In this document: positions 40,155 to 49,623 of the stretch, in pieces
Layout of the letters: every line of letters begins with the position of its first letter
Position numbering within the stretch: the stretch's first letter is position 1
Source of the DNA: Trueperaceae bacterium
GTDB taxonomy: Bacteria > Deinococcota > Deinococci > Deinococcales > Trueperaceae
DNA length: 64,000 nt
Reading direction: 5' to 3'
Assembly (NCBI GenBank): GCA_965214405.1
Contig: OZ243956.1
Location: 1,312,001 to 1,376,000 of the forward strand
Position numbers and translations under genes: made by a program
Notes under the pieces: model-generated
Told to the model about the DNA's origin: nothing
Database searches by the model: none
What the model saw: the letters and a program-made list of their open reading frames with translations, nothing else

Positions 40155-41105
40155 GTGTCAAGCTTAACGGAACGTTTTCTGGCTCGAGACGAACGCGCCT
40201 TAGCGCGCGCCATCAGCCTCGTCGAGGCGGGGACCGAGGCCGGAGGAAACCTCCTCCGGGCGGTGCGTAAAGCCGGTGGAGAGACTGACGAAAGGATTGG
40301 TGCGCGCATCATCGGCGTGACGGGCGCGCCGGGGAGCGGCAAGAGCACCCTGGTGGACCGGCTCATCGGCGTGGCGCGCGCCCTCGAAAGGCGCGTGGCG
40401 GTGGTGGCGGTGGACCCGACGAGCCCCTACACCGGCGGCGCGATTTTGGGCGACCGTATCCGCATGACGCGCTGGCACCAGGACCCGGAGGTCTACATCC
40501 GCTCGATGGCGACGCGCGGGCATTTGGGCGGCTTAGCGACCGCGACGTTACAAGTCGTCGCGCTTTTGGAGGCTTACGGCTTCGATGACGTGTTTATCGA
40601 AACGGTCGGCGTGGGCCAGTCGGAGGTGGACATCGTCAGGGTCGCGGACAGCACGCTGCTGGTGCTGACGCCGGGGCAGGGCGACAGCGTCCAGACCGTC
40701 AAGGCGGGCGTGATGGAAATCGCCGACGTGTTCGCCGTCAACAAGGCCGACCACCCCGGCGGCGGTCGCTTGAAACGCGAGTTGGCCGCGCTCTTAGAAC
40801 TCGGTCTCAAAGAAGAAGGCTGGCGTCCCCCCATTTTAGAAACGGTTGCTTCCAAGGGCGAGGGCGCAGAGGAACTTTTCGAGGAGTTGGGCGCGCATCA
40901 TGAATATTTGCAAAGCGCGGGCGCTTTGGAGGCGCGGCGGCGGGCGCGCGCCCGCTTCGAGGTGTCCGCGCTCCTCACCGAGAGAATGCGGCGCGAACTC
41001 GAGTCCCGCGAGGAAACATTCGTAGACGCGGTGTTGCAGGGCGAGCTGAGTTCGGCGGAGGCGGTGAGAAAGCTGTTGGCAGTGATGGATAAAAGCAGTG
41101 GATAG
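40155..41105 (+). CDS. meaB: MeaB/ArgK methylmalonyl-CoA mutase-associated GTPase
   Basis: GVTGAPGSGKST, VDPTSP.TGGAILGDR.RM, IETVGVGQSE, NKAD; start at GTG 40155 after a TATGCT box. Confidence 0.92.
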   Translation: MSSLTERFLARDERALARAISLVEAGTEAGGNLLRAVRKAGGETDERIGARIIGVTGAPGSGKSTLVDRLIGVARALERRVAVVAVDPTSPYTGGAILGDRIRMTRWHQDPEVYIRSMATRGHLGGLATATLQVVALLEAYGFDDVFIETVGVGQSEVDIVRVADSTLLVLTPGQGDSVQTVKAGVMEIADVFAVNKADHPGGGRLKRELAALLELGLKEEGWRPPILETVASKGEGAEELFEELGAHHEYLQSAGALEARRRARARFEVSALLTERMRRELESREETFVDAVLQGELSSAEAVRKLLAVMDKSSG

Positions 41106-41118
41106 TGGTTAGCCAAAA

Positions 41119-41146
41119 ACTAATCACTCACCACTAACTACTCACC
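41119..41146. repeat. 7-bp-period degenerate tandem repeat (ACTnnnn)
   Basis: ACTAATC ACTCACC ACTAACT ACTCACC between meaB and coaD. Confidence 0.6.
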
Positions 41147-41167
41147 CCTGCTCTTAGCGTAGACTAA

Positions 41168-41665
<498 letters not shown>

Positions 41666-41705
41666 TTTAGCCTTTTAGACACGTTGTTTAACCTTATGTG
41701 ACGGG

Positions 41706-41981
41706 CTAATACACCTCGTCATGCGTGCCTATATCAACCAGCACGACAAGCTCCCGGTCCTCCGCCTTGTTGAGAAATACGATGCGGCAGTCGTAGCCGC
41801 ATGAGCAAGCAAAAAGCCCCGCAAGCTCCCCTGACAGTTTATGCGTACGCAAGGAAGGGGGGACTATGTCTTCTCACACTAAACCGAGAGTGGTACCAAT
41901 CTTTCTCTGTAAACTTTTGTCGCGTTTCACAAACTTACGGTAAGCAGGCTCAAATTTGGGGCTGAAAACCAGCTCCCTCAT
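41706..41981 (-). pseudogene. YafQ/RelE-family toxin with in-frame nonsense codon
   Basis: Hand-translated: MRELVFSPKFEPAYRKFVKRDKSLQRKIGTTLGLV*EDIVPPSLRTHKLSGELAGLFACSCGYDCRIVFLNKAEDRELVVLVDIGTHDEVY; TGA at 41874-41876. Confidence 0.85.
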
Positions 41982-42205
41982 GGACTCGTTTCATCAAGTG
42001 ACGTGTGCAGCCGAACGAGCGCCTCATCTAAGGGTTCGGGTTTGAGCTTGCCAGCCTCGAGCAGCGCCCTGGCTTCACGCGCGTTCTCGGCAATCTGGGC
42101 TCGCCTCGCCTCGATGTGCCGACGGCGTACGATGTCCAGCAGCAGTTCCCGCTCATCCGGCGAAAGCTCCATCACCACGTCCAAAGCGCTGTCAAGTGTG
42201 ACCAT
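41978..42205 (-). CDS. Putative antitoxin of the YafQ-like toxin
   Basis: 75 aa, LD.V.EL..DERELL.DIVRRR..E.RR..IA; ATGA overlap with the toxin; TAGAAT 6 nt upstream. Confidence 0.8.
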   Translation of the reverse strand: MVTLDSALDVVMELSPDERELLLDIVRRRHIEARRAQIAENAREARALLEAGKLKPEPLDEALVRLHTSLDETSP

Positions 42206-42254
42206 AAATCTATTCTAGCGCTCTAACCATCAACGCGTGAAGGTTGGGTGCAAC

Positions 42255-43367
42255 TCACGTAGTGGGGGAAGAAAAGGCGTGGTGCCTTATGGTGTCATGG
42301 GAGACGAGCGGCTGCTTGGAACAACGCCTAGCTCTAAAAGAAGCCATGCGACCTGCGCCAGGACGCGACCACTGCATCCCCGACTGTTTCATGCGGAAGC
42401 CGATGACGCTCTTGTTGACGCCCTCGACTTGACCAGAGCCAATGGGTAAGCCACAATTTTTATAACTGGGGTAATCCATATGGTGTTGACGTTCTTGAAG
42501 ATAGCGTAAAGCCGTTTGTGATGTGTCATCCCAGCTCAGCCAAACAGCAGGGTCAGGACGATGCGTTTGTAACCAATCCGCAGCAGCAATCTCGCCGCTA
42601 AGCCAAGAGCGTCTTGTTTGGCTACGTTCGCGCTCATCCCAGCCGAGAGCTTCCATAAGGGTGTCAAGGTAAGCACTGCTGTGGTAAACGTCGATGATGT
42701 GTGGGATACCCAGATGCTCGTAAAGGTTTTTGATCCAACTCGCGCCATCGCTCAGGCCGACGACTTCATCATCTTGTCTCAGGCCTGCTTCACGCATCAG
42801 CCCCGCTACTTGGTCGGTAAACGCTGTCGCCTCACACACATCGGCTAACAGGCTGCGTTGCTGAGGTGCAGACACCGGGTGGATCACCGCGCTCTTGATC
42901 TCGATGCCGCCACAAACCCCGTCCTGAGCTTTTTCGAGCACCCGCACCCCGTCAACTTCAATCACCACTTTCCGCCCTCGTCCTGCTAGCAACGCTGCAT
43001 CTTTGGCCGTGTCCAGCAGCTCGCGCGTTTGCGCCTGACAAGCGCTGGCGTAAGGTTGGGTCAAGCGCTCCAAGCCCGCGCGACTCATGCCCGGCAACAT
43101 CTCAAAGTCACGGCTGACTTCTACCGCTTTTTCATACGATAAAGCGCTACTCAAACGCATCATCACGTTCAATGCGCCCGCTGTCCAACCACTGCCGTCT
43201 AAGTTTGGGTCCAGGGCGACTTGGCAATGTCTGCCGTCTTTGTGTTCGTACCTTTGACTGGGTACGCGCACGCTCCCCCAGAAGTGCTTGACCTCAAGCT
43301 CGCCCCGTCCGTCTTTATGCCAACCCTCGCTTTTGTTCATCAGAGGGGGGAAAATCCTGGCTCTCAA
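42255..43367 (-). CDS. Transposase catalytic part (orfB)
   Basis: IEVDG, LSDGASWI, IIDVYH, PIGSGQVEGVNKSVI..RMK..GM.W; stop codon lies inside the IR. Confidence 0.9.
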   Translation of the reverse strand: MRARIFPPLMNKSEGWHKDGRGELEVKHFWGSVRVPSQRYEHKDGRHCQVALDPNLDGSGWTAGALNVMMRLSSALSYEKAVEVSRDFEMLPGMSRAGLERLTQPYASACQAQTRELLDTAKDAALLAGRGRKVVIEVDGVRVLEKAQDGVCGGIEIKSAVIHPVSAPQQRSLLADVCEATAFTDQVAGLMREAGLRQDDEVVGLSDGASWIKNLYEHLGIPHIIDVYHSSAYLDTLMEALGWDERERSQTRRSWLSGEIAAADWLQTHRPDPAVWLSWDDTSQTALRYLQERQHHMDYPSYKNCGLPIGSGQVEGVNKSVIGFRMKQSGMQWSRPGAGRMASFRARRCSKQPLVSHDTIRHHAFSSPTT

Positions 43368-43533
43368 CCAGGTGCTGCATCAGGCGACTCATCAGGCTAC
43401 TTTGTCGCTTTAGCAAGGCCGCTTCTATTTCGTTCATGCTCGCTTTCGTCCCTAGCTCCTGCTTTATCTCCGCAACAATGCTCTTGATGATGGCGTCCAG
43501 TTCTTCTACCCTTTGCTCTGCGTCTGTTGTCAT
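43315..43533 (-). CDS. Transposase N-terminal part (orfA), overlapping orfB at TTTTCCCCCC
   Basis: 72-aa ORF starting just inside the IR; orfA reads QDFPPS where orfB reads RIFPPL. Confidence 0.75.
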   Translation of the reverse strand: MTTDAEQRVEELDAIIKSIVAEIKQELGTKASMNEIEAALLKRQSSLMSRLMQHLVESQDFPPSDEQKRGLA

Positions 43534-43651
43534 CGTCCTGTTTTATCACCCCCATTCACTGAGTTGCACCCGTGAAGGTTTATTTGTGACTAGGACCGCT
43601 CGAGAAAGCCCGCCGCGACGTAACAAAACTTGCGCCGTGTAAGCTGCACCT

Positions 43652-44197
43652 GTGAATTCAGGTGTTTGGTTGATTAACGGCTTGCCCGGTTCCGGCAAAA
43701 CCGCGGTGGCTCGAGCGTTGGCTGCAACATTACCGAGGAGCGCTCATATCGAGGGCGACCGCCTAAGTTATATGGTCATCGGCGAACGCGCTTTTCCGCC
43801 CAAACCTCATTCAATTAGTAAAGATGAGCTTGCACAACTTGACCTTTCGTACAAACATCAAGCCCAGCTAGCCGCTTCCTTTCACGCAGAAGGCTTCACC
43901 CCGGTTATCGACTTTTTTATCTACAATGCGCTGGACCTCTTCAAATACTCGCAGATACTAAAGCCACTGCCGCTCTATTTCGTAACGCTAAATCCCAGTC
44001 GTCAGGCCATCCTCGCGCGAGACGCGGGCCGTGGTACGAAGCACGCTGCGACCTGGCTGCCCTTTAGAGAGCGGATGTTGACCGAGCTACAAAACGTGGG
44101 TCTAGTCATCGACAACACGAACCTAAATGTTGCAGAAACCGTGACTTTGATTGTAGAGAACCAGACTCGAGCGCAGGTGCAGGATTTGTCGGTGTAG
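43652..44197 (+). CDS. P-loop kinase / AAA_33-like phosphotransferase
   Basis: LINGLPGSGKT, HIEGD, R.AGR lid, IDNTNL...ETV. Confidence 0.8.
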   Translation: MNSGVWLINGLPGSGKTAVARALAATLPRSAHIEGDRLSYMVIGERAFPPKPHSISKDELAQLDLSYKHQAQLAASFHAEGFTPVIDFFIYNALDLFKYSQILKPLPLYFVTLNPSRQAILARDAGRGTKHAATWLPFRERMLTELQNVGLVIDNTNLNVAETVTLIVENQTRAQVQDLSV

Positions 44198-44320
44198 AGT
44201 CAAATTGACGTACCCCGACACGCTTCGGGCACCGCGTCACCGCTCAACAAGGTTAAAAAATCAGCCACTTGTGAGGAGTCCCTTACACATTCACCAAAAG
44301 CGTCTGCTAGACTCTCCCTC

Positions 44321-44860
44321 ATGAAGCCTCTCTTGCCCCTCTTTATTTTTGTCGTCGCGCTGCTCAACGTAGCGGCGGCCTCGCCCTCCGTGTTTCCCGA
44401 AAACGCTCTCTTCGCGGGGCTCGGTTACGGGGGCGGGGTGGCCGGGGCGGTGGGGGCGGAGTTTCGGCTGCCGCTGCCCATTTTCGACGCGTCGCTGGGG
44501 CTCGAGGCCACCGCGCCCCTGGGGCAACTGAGCGACTGGCAGGTGCGCCTCTCGGGGAGCGCGCTCGCCATCCCCGCGCTCGGCACCAACCCGCCGCTCG
44601 CGCTGGGTCTAGGAATAGACGCGGGCGTGAGCGCGGACGGGCCGAGCGCGCATTTTGGGCCTATCGTGGGCAGCGACCTTCTTTTTAGCCTCGACGTGCC
44701 CATGACCGTGTCCGCCTACGTCGCGCCCGGTTACGCGCGCGGGCGAGGGTTTTCGCTCGCTTGGGCGGGGCAGGTGCGTTACTACTGGGATGACGTGGCC
44801 CTGGAGTTTTCCTCTTCCGACCTCACCCCGCTACGCCTCGGCGCGCGCTTTCTTTTTTAG
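44321..44860 (+). CDS. Secreted hypothetical protein, possibly a small outer-membrane beta-barrel
   Basis: Signal peptide, alternating Gly/aromatic strands, C-terminal GARFLF. Confidence 0.6.
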   Translation: MKPLLPLFIFVVALLNVAAASPSVFPENALFAGLGYGGGVAGAVGAEFRLPLPIFDASLGLEATAPLGQLSDWQVRLSGSALAIPALGTNPPLALGLGIDAGVSADGPSAHFGPIVGSDLLFSLDVPMTVSAYVAPGYARGRGFSLAWAGQVRYYWDDVALEFSSSDLTPLRLGARFLF

Positions 44861-45039
44861 TATCTGGTTTTAATATCCTGCGCTCGAGGGACTGAGGAGT
44901 CATTTGAGGTGTGTTGAGGCGTTCAAAAGTATAGACAAGATAGAGAAGGGTTTTTTATTCCCCTTTCTCTGTTTTGTATTGCACATGCTTATTTTGACTC
45001 GAGCTTCTGCACAAGCCCTACCACCCGGAGAAGACCATA

Positions 45040-45888
45040 ATGCGTGAGCGGCGGGCCTGGTGGCTGGGGCTGCCCGCGTTCCTTTTGCTCGTGGGCTTTG
45101 TGTTCTTGCCCCTTTTAAGCGTGTTGCGCTACGCGGGCTGGGACTGGTCGGGGTTTTCAGCGCCCGAGTGGATTGGGCTGGGCAACGTGCAGAGGCTTAT
45201 CGAGGACGCCGAACTCTGGCGCTCATTACGCACGACGCTGCTGTTCGCGCTCCTTACGCTGCCGTCGTTTTTGTGGCTTTCCTACACGGTTGCGACGGCT
45301 ATCGAGGGGGTGAGGCTCGAGCGCTTCGTCAAGGCGTTCCTTTTTCTGCCCGGTCTCATTACCGTGGGCGGCTCGGCGGTGGCCTGGTATCTGCTCTACA
45401 ACCCCGACTACGGTTTTTTATATGAACTCACCGGGCTGGCGCTTCCCTGGAATAGTGAAGGCTGGGCCGGGCTCGTTTACATCGTGCTCTTCACCCTCTG
45501 GCAGAGCACGGGCTACGGCGTGCTCGTGATGTCGGCGGCGCTGCGCGGGGTTCCGGGAGAGGTCAAGGAGGCCGCGCGTATCGACGGGGCCAGCGAGGCG
45601 CAGGTGCGGCGGCGCGTCACGCTGCCGCTCTTGCGCCCGGCGCTGCTCTTTTTGACGGTCATCGGCACCGTGCTCTCGCTCCAGTCCTACACGGCGGTCT
45701 ATCTGCTCACGCGCGGCGGACCCTACGGCGCGACGCGGGTGATCGGGTATTACCTTTACGAAACCGCGTTCGAGCGTTTCCAGGTGGGCTACGGCGCGGC
45801 TATCACCCTTTTTGTGATGCTCCTGACGCTGGGTGTGGCCGCGCTCCAGGCGAGGTTTTTGGGCGGACGCAGGGAGACTGCGTTCTAG
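45040..45888 (+). CDS. Carbohydrate ABC transporter permease (UgpA/MalF-like)
   Basis: EAARIDGA, LTRGGP, YLYETAF. Confidence 0.92.
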   Translation: MRERRAWWLGLPAFLLLVGFVFLPLLSVLRYAGWDWSGFSAPEWIGLGNVQRLIEDAELWRSLRTTLLFALLTLPSFLWLSYTVATAIEGVRLERFVKAFLFLPGLITVGGSAVAWYLLYNPDYGFLYELTGLALPWNSEGWAGLVYIVLFTLWQSTGYGVLVMSAALRGVPGEVKEAARIDGASEAQVRRRVTLPLLRPALLFLTVIGTVLSLQSYTAVYLLTRGGPYGATRVIGYYLYETAFERFQVGYGAAITLFVMLLTLGVAALQARFLGGRRETAF

Positions 45889-46673
45889 TGTTTGGGCGTC
45901 TCTCGTTTGGACGGGCTGTCACGGGAGTGTTTTGCCTTTTCGTGCTCCTGCCCATCCTGTGGCTCGTCTACGCGGCTTTTCTACCCGCCGAGGCCATCCT
46001 TAACGCATCTCTGGCGACATGGGGCTGGAGTTTGGAGAACTTTGCCGCGCTCCGCGGTACCGGACTGGGGCGGGCGCTGCTCGTGTCGGGGGTGGCGAGC
46101 GGGCTTACGGTGTTGGGGCAGCTCGTCGTCGGCTTGGGGGCTGCGTACGCGCTGCGCGCAGGATTACCCTTGTTCGGGCTCGTGCTCCTCGCGCTGGCGC
46201 TCCCCACCGAACTTTTGCTCGTGCCCCTCTACCGCGAGCTTCAGATTTTGGGGCTCCTCGATACCTTAGGTGCGCTCATTTTGCCCTTTCTGGCGAGCCC
46301 GCTGGTTATCTTTTTGCTTTTTCAGTCACTCAGGCGCTTGCCCTGGGAGTTGGTCGAGGCGGCGCGTTTGGACGGCGCGTCGGAGTGGGGCGTGCTCTGG
46401 CGCGTGCTGGCCCCCTTGTTGCGCCCCGAGTTGGTCGCCGCCGGGATTTTGAGCTTCGCCGCGCATTGGAACTTGGTGCTCTACCCCAAGGTGATGGCGG
46501 GCGAGCCGCGCCTCTACACGGTGCAGGTCTTTCTCACCGAGCTTTTGCGCAACCAGCCGCTCGACTGGGGTCTCCTGGGCGCGGCGGCGCTCGTCGCCAC
46601 CCTGCCGCTCCTCGCGCTCTACGTGCTTTTTGAAAAGCGCATCGTCACCGTGTTCGAGACGAGTTTCAAGTAG
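45888..46673 (+). CDS. Carbohydrate ABC transporter permease (UgpE/MalG-like)
   Basis: LPWELVEAARLDGAS, F..HWN...YP. Confidence 0.9.
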   Translation: MFGRLSFGRAVTGVFCLFVLLPILWLVYAAFLPAEAILNASLATWGWSLENFAALRGTGLGRALLVSGVASGLTVLGQLVVGLGAAYALRAGLPLFGLVLLALALPTELLLVPLYRELQILGLLDTLGALILPFLASPLVIFLLFQSLRRLPWELVEAARLDGASEWGVLWRVLAPLLRPELVAAGILSFAAHWNLVLYPKVMAGEPRLYTVQVFLTELLRNQPLDWGLLGAAALVATLPLLALYVLFEKRIVTVFETSFK

Positions 46674-46905
46674 GCTCGAGCCCTCATTGACCTCATTCCC
46701 AAAGCACCTGTGAGGTATCAACCGCGCGGTTGCGGGCCGGTATCTTTTGGGCTCTTTACGCTTTGTTCATTTATGCTTTGTTACACATAAGAAAACCTTT
46801 GGGGGTGATAGGTTGAGAGGGTACTTATGACTTTTATTCACATTTGTACCACGCGTATTTATACCGTACTCGTTACTGGACTCGTTTCCGCATAGGGGGG
46901 CAACT

Positions 46906-48096
46906 GTGCGTATTCTGCTGTTTTTCGTTCTCACCTTCGCGTCTTTCGCGGGCGCTCAAACCGACGTTACCTTTTGGCACTCGCAAGACGCCGCGCCCGT
47001 CGAGGCACTCGCAGAGGCATTCAACGCGTCTCAAACGAGCTATAGGGTGGTGCCGCGCTACACAGGGAGTTACGTCGAGAGTTCCTTAAAGCTTGTGGCC
47101 GCCCTTCAAGGGGGCGACGCGCCCGTGATGTTTGACGCCGAGGGAACGGTGTTCGCGGGGCTCGCCGAGCAGGGGGCGCTGAGCGACCTCAGCGACCTCG
47201 CCGCAGGCCTCTCCCCGGCGTTGGTCGAGGATATCTTTCCCGTGATGTGGGCCTACGGCGAGACGAACGGCGCGCGTTACGGGCTACCCTGGAACTCGAC
47301 GCTGCCCGTGCTTTTTTACAACGCGACCGCCTTTGAACAGCGCGGCGTCGCGCCGCCCAAGACCTGGGATGAATTCGAGGAGGCCGCGGCCCGCCTCACC
47401 ACCCGCAACACGAAGGGCTACATCGACGTGGCGGCGGCGCTCATCTTCGAGACGATGGTGGATTCGCGCGGGGGCAGCCTCGTCACCCCGGAGGGTGAGC
47501 CCAACTTCAACTCGCCGGAGGCCTTGGCGGCGCTCGAGCTCCTCGTCCGCCTCGCCAAAGAAAAGCATTCCATCCCCCGCTCTTTCAAGGACCTCGACTC
47601 GGCGCTTATCGACTTCGCGCGCACGAAGGGCATGATGGCGATTGCGACTGAGGCTCTGTGGCCTCAAGGCGAACGGTTCTCGGTCGCCTTCAAGGTGGCG
47701 ACCGCGCCCGTGCCGACCGGCGGCGCGCCCACGGTGCCGCTCCTGGGCGCGCAGTTGGTGGTTTTGGAGAGCGCCACGACGGAGGAGCGGGCGGGCGCGT
47801 TCGCGTTCTGGCAGTTTCTGATGGAGCCCGAAAATATCAAAACCTGGGTCGAGGCCTCTTACTATTTGCCCACGCGGCGCGCGGCGCTGCCGCTTCTAGA
47901 ATCCTGGTACGCCGAAGACCCCAGCCGCCGGGCGGCGCTTAATGGCCTCGAGCACGCCGTCCTGCGCCCTCGCACGGGTGCCTACGTCCGCTGGCAAGGC
48001 TATTTGGAGGAGGCGCTCGAGCAGGCGGTGCGGGGCCGCCTCTCGCCGGAAGAGGCTCTAAATAAAGCGCAGCAGCGGGCGCTCGCGGACCGTTAG
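46906..48096 (+). CDS. ABC transporter solute-binding protein (UgpB-like), copy 1
   Basis: Signal peptide, FWHS, GLPWNST.PVLFYN, PKTWDE. Confidence 0.9.
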   Translation: MRILLFFVLTFASFAGAQTDVTFWHSQDAAPVEALAEAFNASQTSYRVVPRYTGSYVESSLKLVAALQGGDAPVMFDAEGTVFAGLAEQGALSDLSDLAAGLSPALVEDIFPVMWAYGETNGARYGLPWNSTLPVLFYNATAFEQRGVAPPKTWDEFEEAAARLTTRNTKGYIDVAAALIFETMVDSRGGSLVTPEGEPNFNSPEALAALELLVRLAKEKHSIPRSFKDLDSALIDFARTKGMMAIATEALWPQGERFSVAFKVATAPVPTGGAPTVPLLGAQLVVLESATTEERAGAFAFWQFLMEPENIKTWVEASYYLPTRRAALPLLESWYAEDPSRRAALNGLEHAVLRPRTGAYVRWQGYLEEALEQAVRGRLSPEEALNKAQQRALADR

Positions 48097-48177
48097 GGGC
48101 ATTTTTGATACTGGACGCAAAGGGTCGGATTAAGAGGCTCGAGACATAACCAAACCCGACACAGGTAGAATAACCCC

Positions 48178-49368
48178 ATGAAACCTCTCTTCACGCTCCT
48201 CTTCGGCCTATTTCTCAGCACGGTTTTCGCGCAGACCCCCGTCCCCTTTTGGCACTCGATGGGCGCGGTTGAAGAGACCGTCAACAGCCTGGCCGAAACC
48301 TTTAACGCCTCGCAAAGCGACTACCGGGTAGAGCCGCGCTACGTCGGCTCGTACCCCGAAGCGCAGACAAAACTGTTAGCCACCGCGGAGCGGCCCGTCC
48401 TCTTTCAGGCCGAGATAAGCTTTTTCCCGCGGCTCGTTGAGGAGGGTGTCGTCCTGCCTTTGAGCGACCTCGCGGCGGCGCTGCCCGAGGATTTTGTTGG
48501 AGACTTCTACCCTGGTCTCTGGGCGTATGGCGTCTCGGGCGGCGAACGTTACGGCCTCCCCTGGAACGCCTCAACACCTGTGCTCTTTTACAACGCGACC
48601 GCCTTTGGGCAGCGTAACGCCGAACCGCCCACGACCTGGGACGAGTTCGAGGCGACCGCCGACCGCCTCACCACGCGGGCGACGGTGGGGTTTATCGCGC
48701 TCACCGAGGCCTGGACCTTTGAGGCGATGGTGACCACGCGCGGGGGCAGCTTAGTCACCGAGGACGGCAGGCCCAACTTCGATTCGCCCGAGGCGCTGGC
48801 GGCGCTCGAGCTCTTGGCGCGCCTTGTAAGAGCCAAAGAGGCGGTGCCGCGCACCCTCGCCGAGGCGAACTTCGCGCTGCTCGACTTTGTGCGCACGAAA
48901 GGCATGATGGTCTTTGCGAGCCCCGCCAATCTACCCGACGCCTCGCGCTTTTCCGTCGCGTTCGAGATTGGCGCGGCGCCTATGCCGGTGGGCGTGAGTC
49001 CCGCCGTTCCCTTGGGCGGCGCGCAACTGGTCGTCTTGGAGGGGGCCAGCGAGGCGCAGCGCGCGGGCGCGTTCGCGTTCTGGCAGTTCTTGATGGAGCC
49101 CGAGAACATCAAAACCTGGGTCGAAGCGTCCTATTACCTACCCACGCGGCGCGCGGCGCTGCCGCTTTTGGCGTCCTGGTACGCCGAAGACCCCAACCGC
49201 GGGGCGGCCTTGTCGCAGCTCGAGCACGCCGTACCCCGCCCCCGCGTCGCCGCCTTCGGCACCTGGTCGGGGTTTTTAGAAGAAGCCTTGGAGCGCGCGC
49301 TTAAGGGTCAGGCCACGCCCGAGGAGGCGCTGGCCGAGGCGCAGCGCCGCGCGGAGGCGGCTCGTTAA
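48178..49368 (+). CDS. ABC transporter solute-binding protein (UgpB-like), copy 2
   Basis: Colinear paralog of 46906; both ORFs are 396 aa. Confidence 0.9.
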   Translation: MKPLFTLLFGLFLSTVFAQTPVPFWHSMGAVEETVNSLAETFNASQSDYRVEPRYVGSYPEAQTKLLATAERPVLFQAEISFFPRLVEEGVVLPLSDLAAALPEDFVGDFYPGLWAYGVSGGERYGLPWNASTPVLFYNATAFGQRNAEPPTTWDEFEATADRLTTRATVGFIALTEAWTFEAMVTTRGGSLVTEDGRPNFDSPEALAALELLARLVRAKEAVPRTLAEANFALLDFVRTKGMMVFASPANLPDASRFSVAFEIGAAPMPVGVSPAVPLGGAQLVVLEGASEAQRAGAFAFWQFLMEPENIKTWVEASYYLPTRRAALPLLASWYAEDPNRGAALSQLEHAVPRPRVAAFGTWSGFLEEALERALKGQATPEEALAEAQRRAEAAR

Positions 49369-49373
49369 AGGAG

Positions 49374-49408
49374 AGTGAAAAGTACCGAGTGGAAAGTGCT
49401 GAGTGAAA
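49374..49408. repeat. 7-bp-period degenerate tandem repeat (AGTnnnn)
   Basis: AGTGAAA AGTACCG AGTGGAA AGTGCTG AGTGAAA, nearly the same as 6592-6626. Confidence 0.72.
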
Positions 49409-49623
49409 AACAAAATCAAAAGCTTTTACTCTCTGGTCTCTTTCCGCCACCGATAAACCTCACAGTCCGCGCTGAGGCACTCACCGCCAGCCTTACACCT
49501 CTTACACCTTGCTTGCACAGCAACACACAACCGTCACGGCGCTTTGGCGCGTCTCTCCCTACAATGATAAGAGGGAGCAAAAGGGGTGGCGCTTCACATT
49601 TCGGACATATCTAGGGGACACGC

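Larger units (their letters stand above)
42246..43571 (-). mobile_element. Complete insertion sequence, ISKra4/ISLre2-like (mutator-like DDE), 1326 bp
   Basis: Terminal IRs GGGTGCAACTCA-N5-TGGGGG at both ends; 9-bp direct repeat GTGAAGGTT at 42237-42245 and 43572-43580; lower GC and no CTCGAG seen. Confidence 0.93.

Noticed and set aside
41874..41876. Selenocysteine recoding of the toxin TGA
   Set aside because: Not an evident Cys position, no SECIS-like hairpin recognised, and the family is not a known selenoprotein family.
47790..49200. Recent gene conversion between the two binding-protein genes
   Set aside because: The identical peptide block has many synonymous differences at the DNA level.
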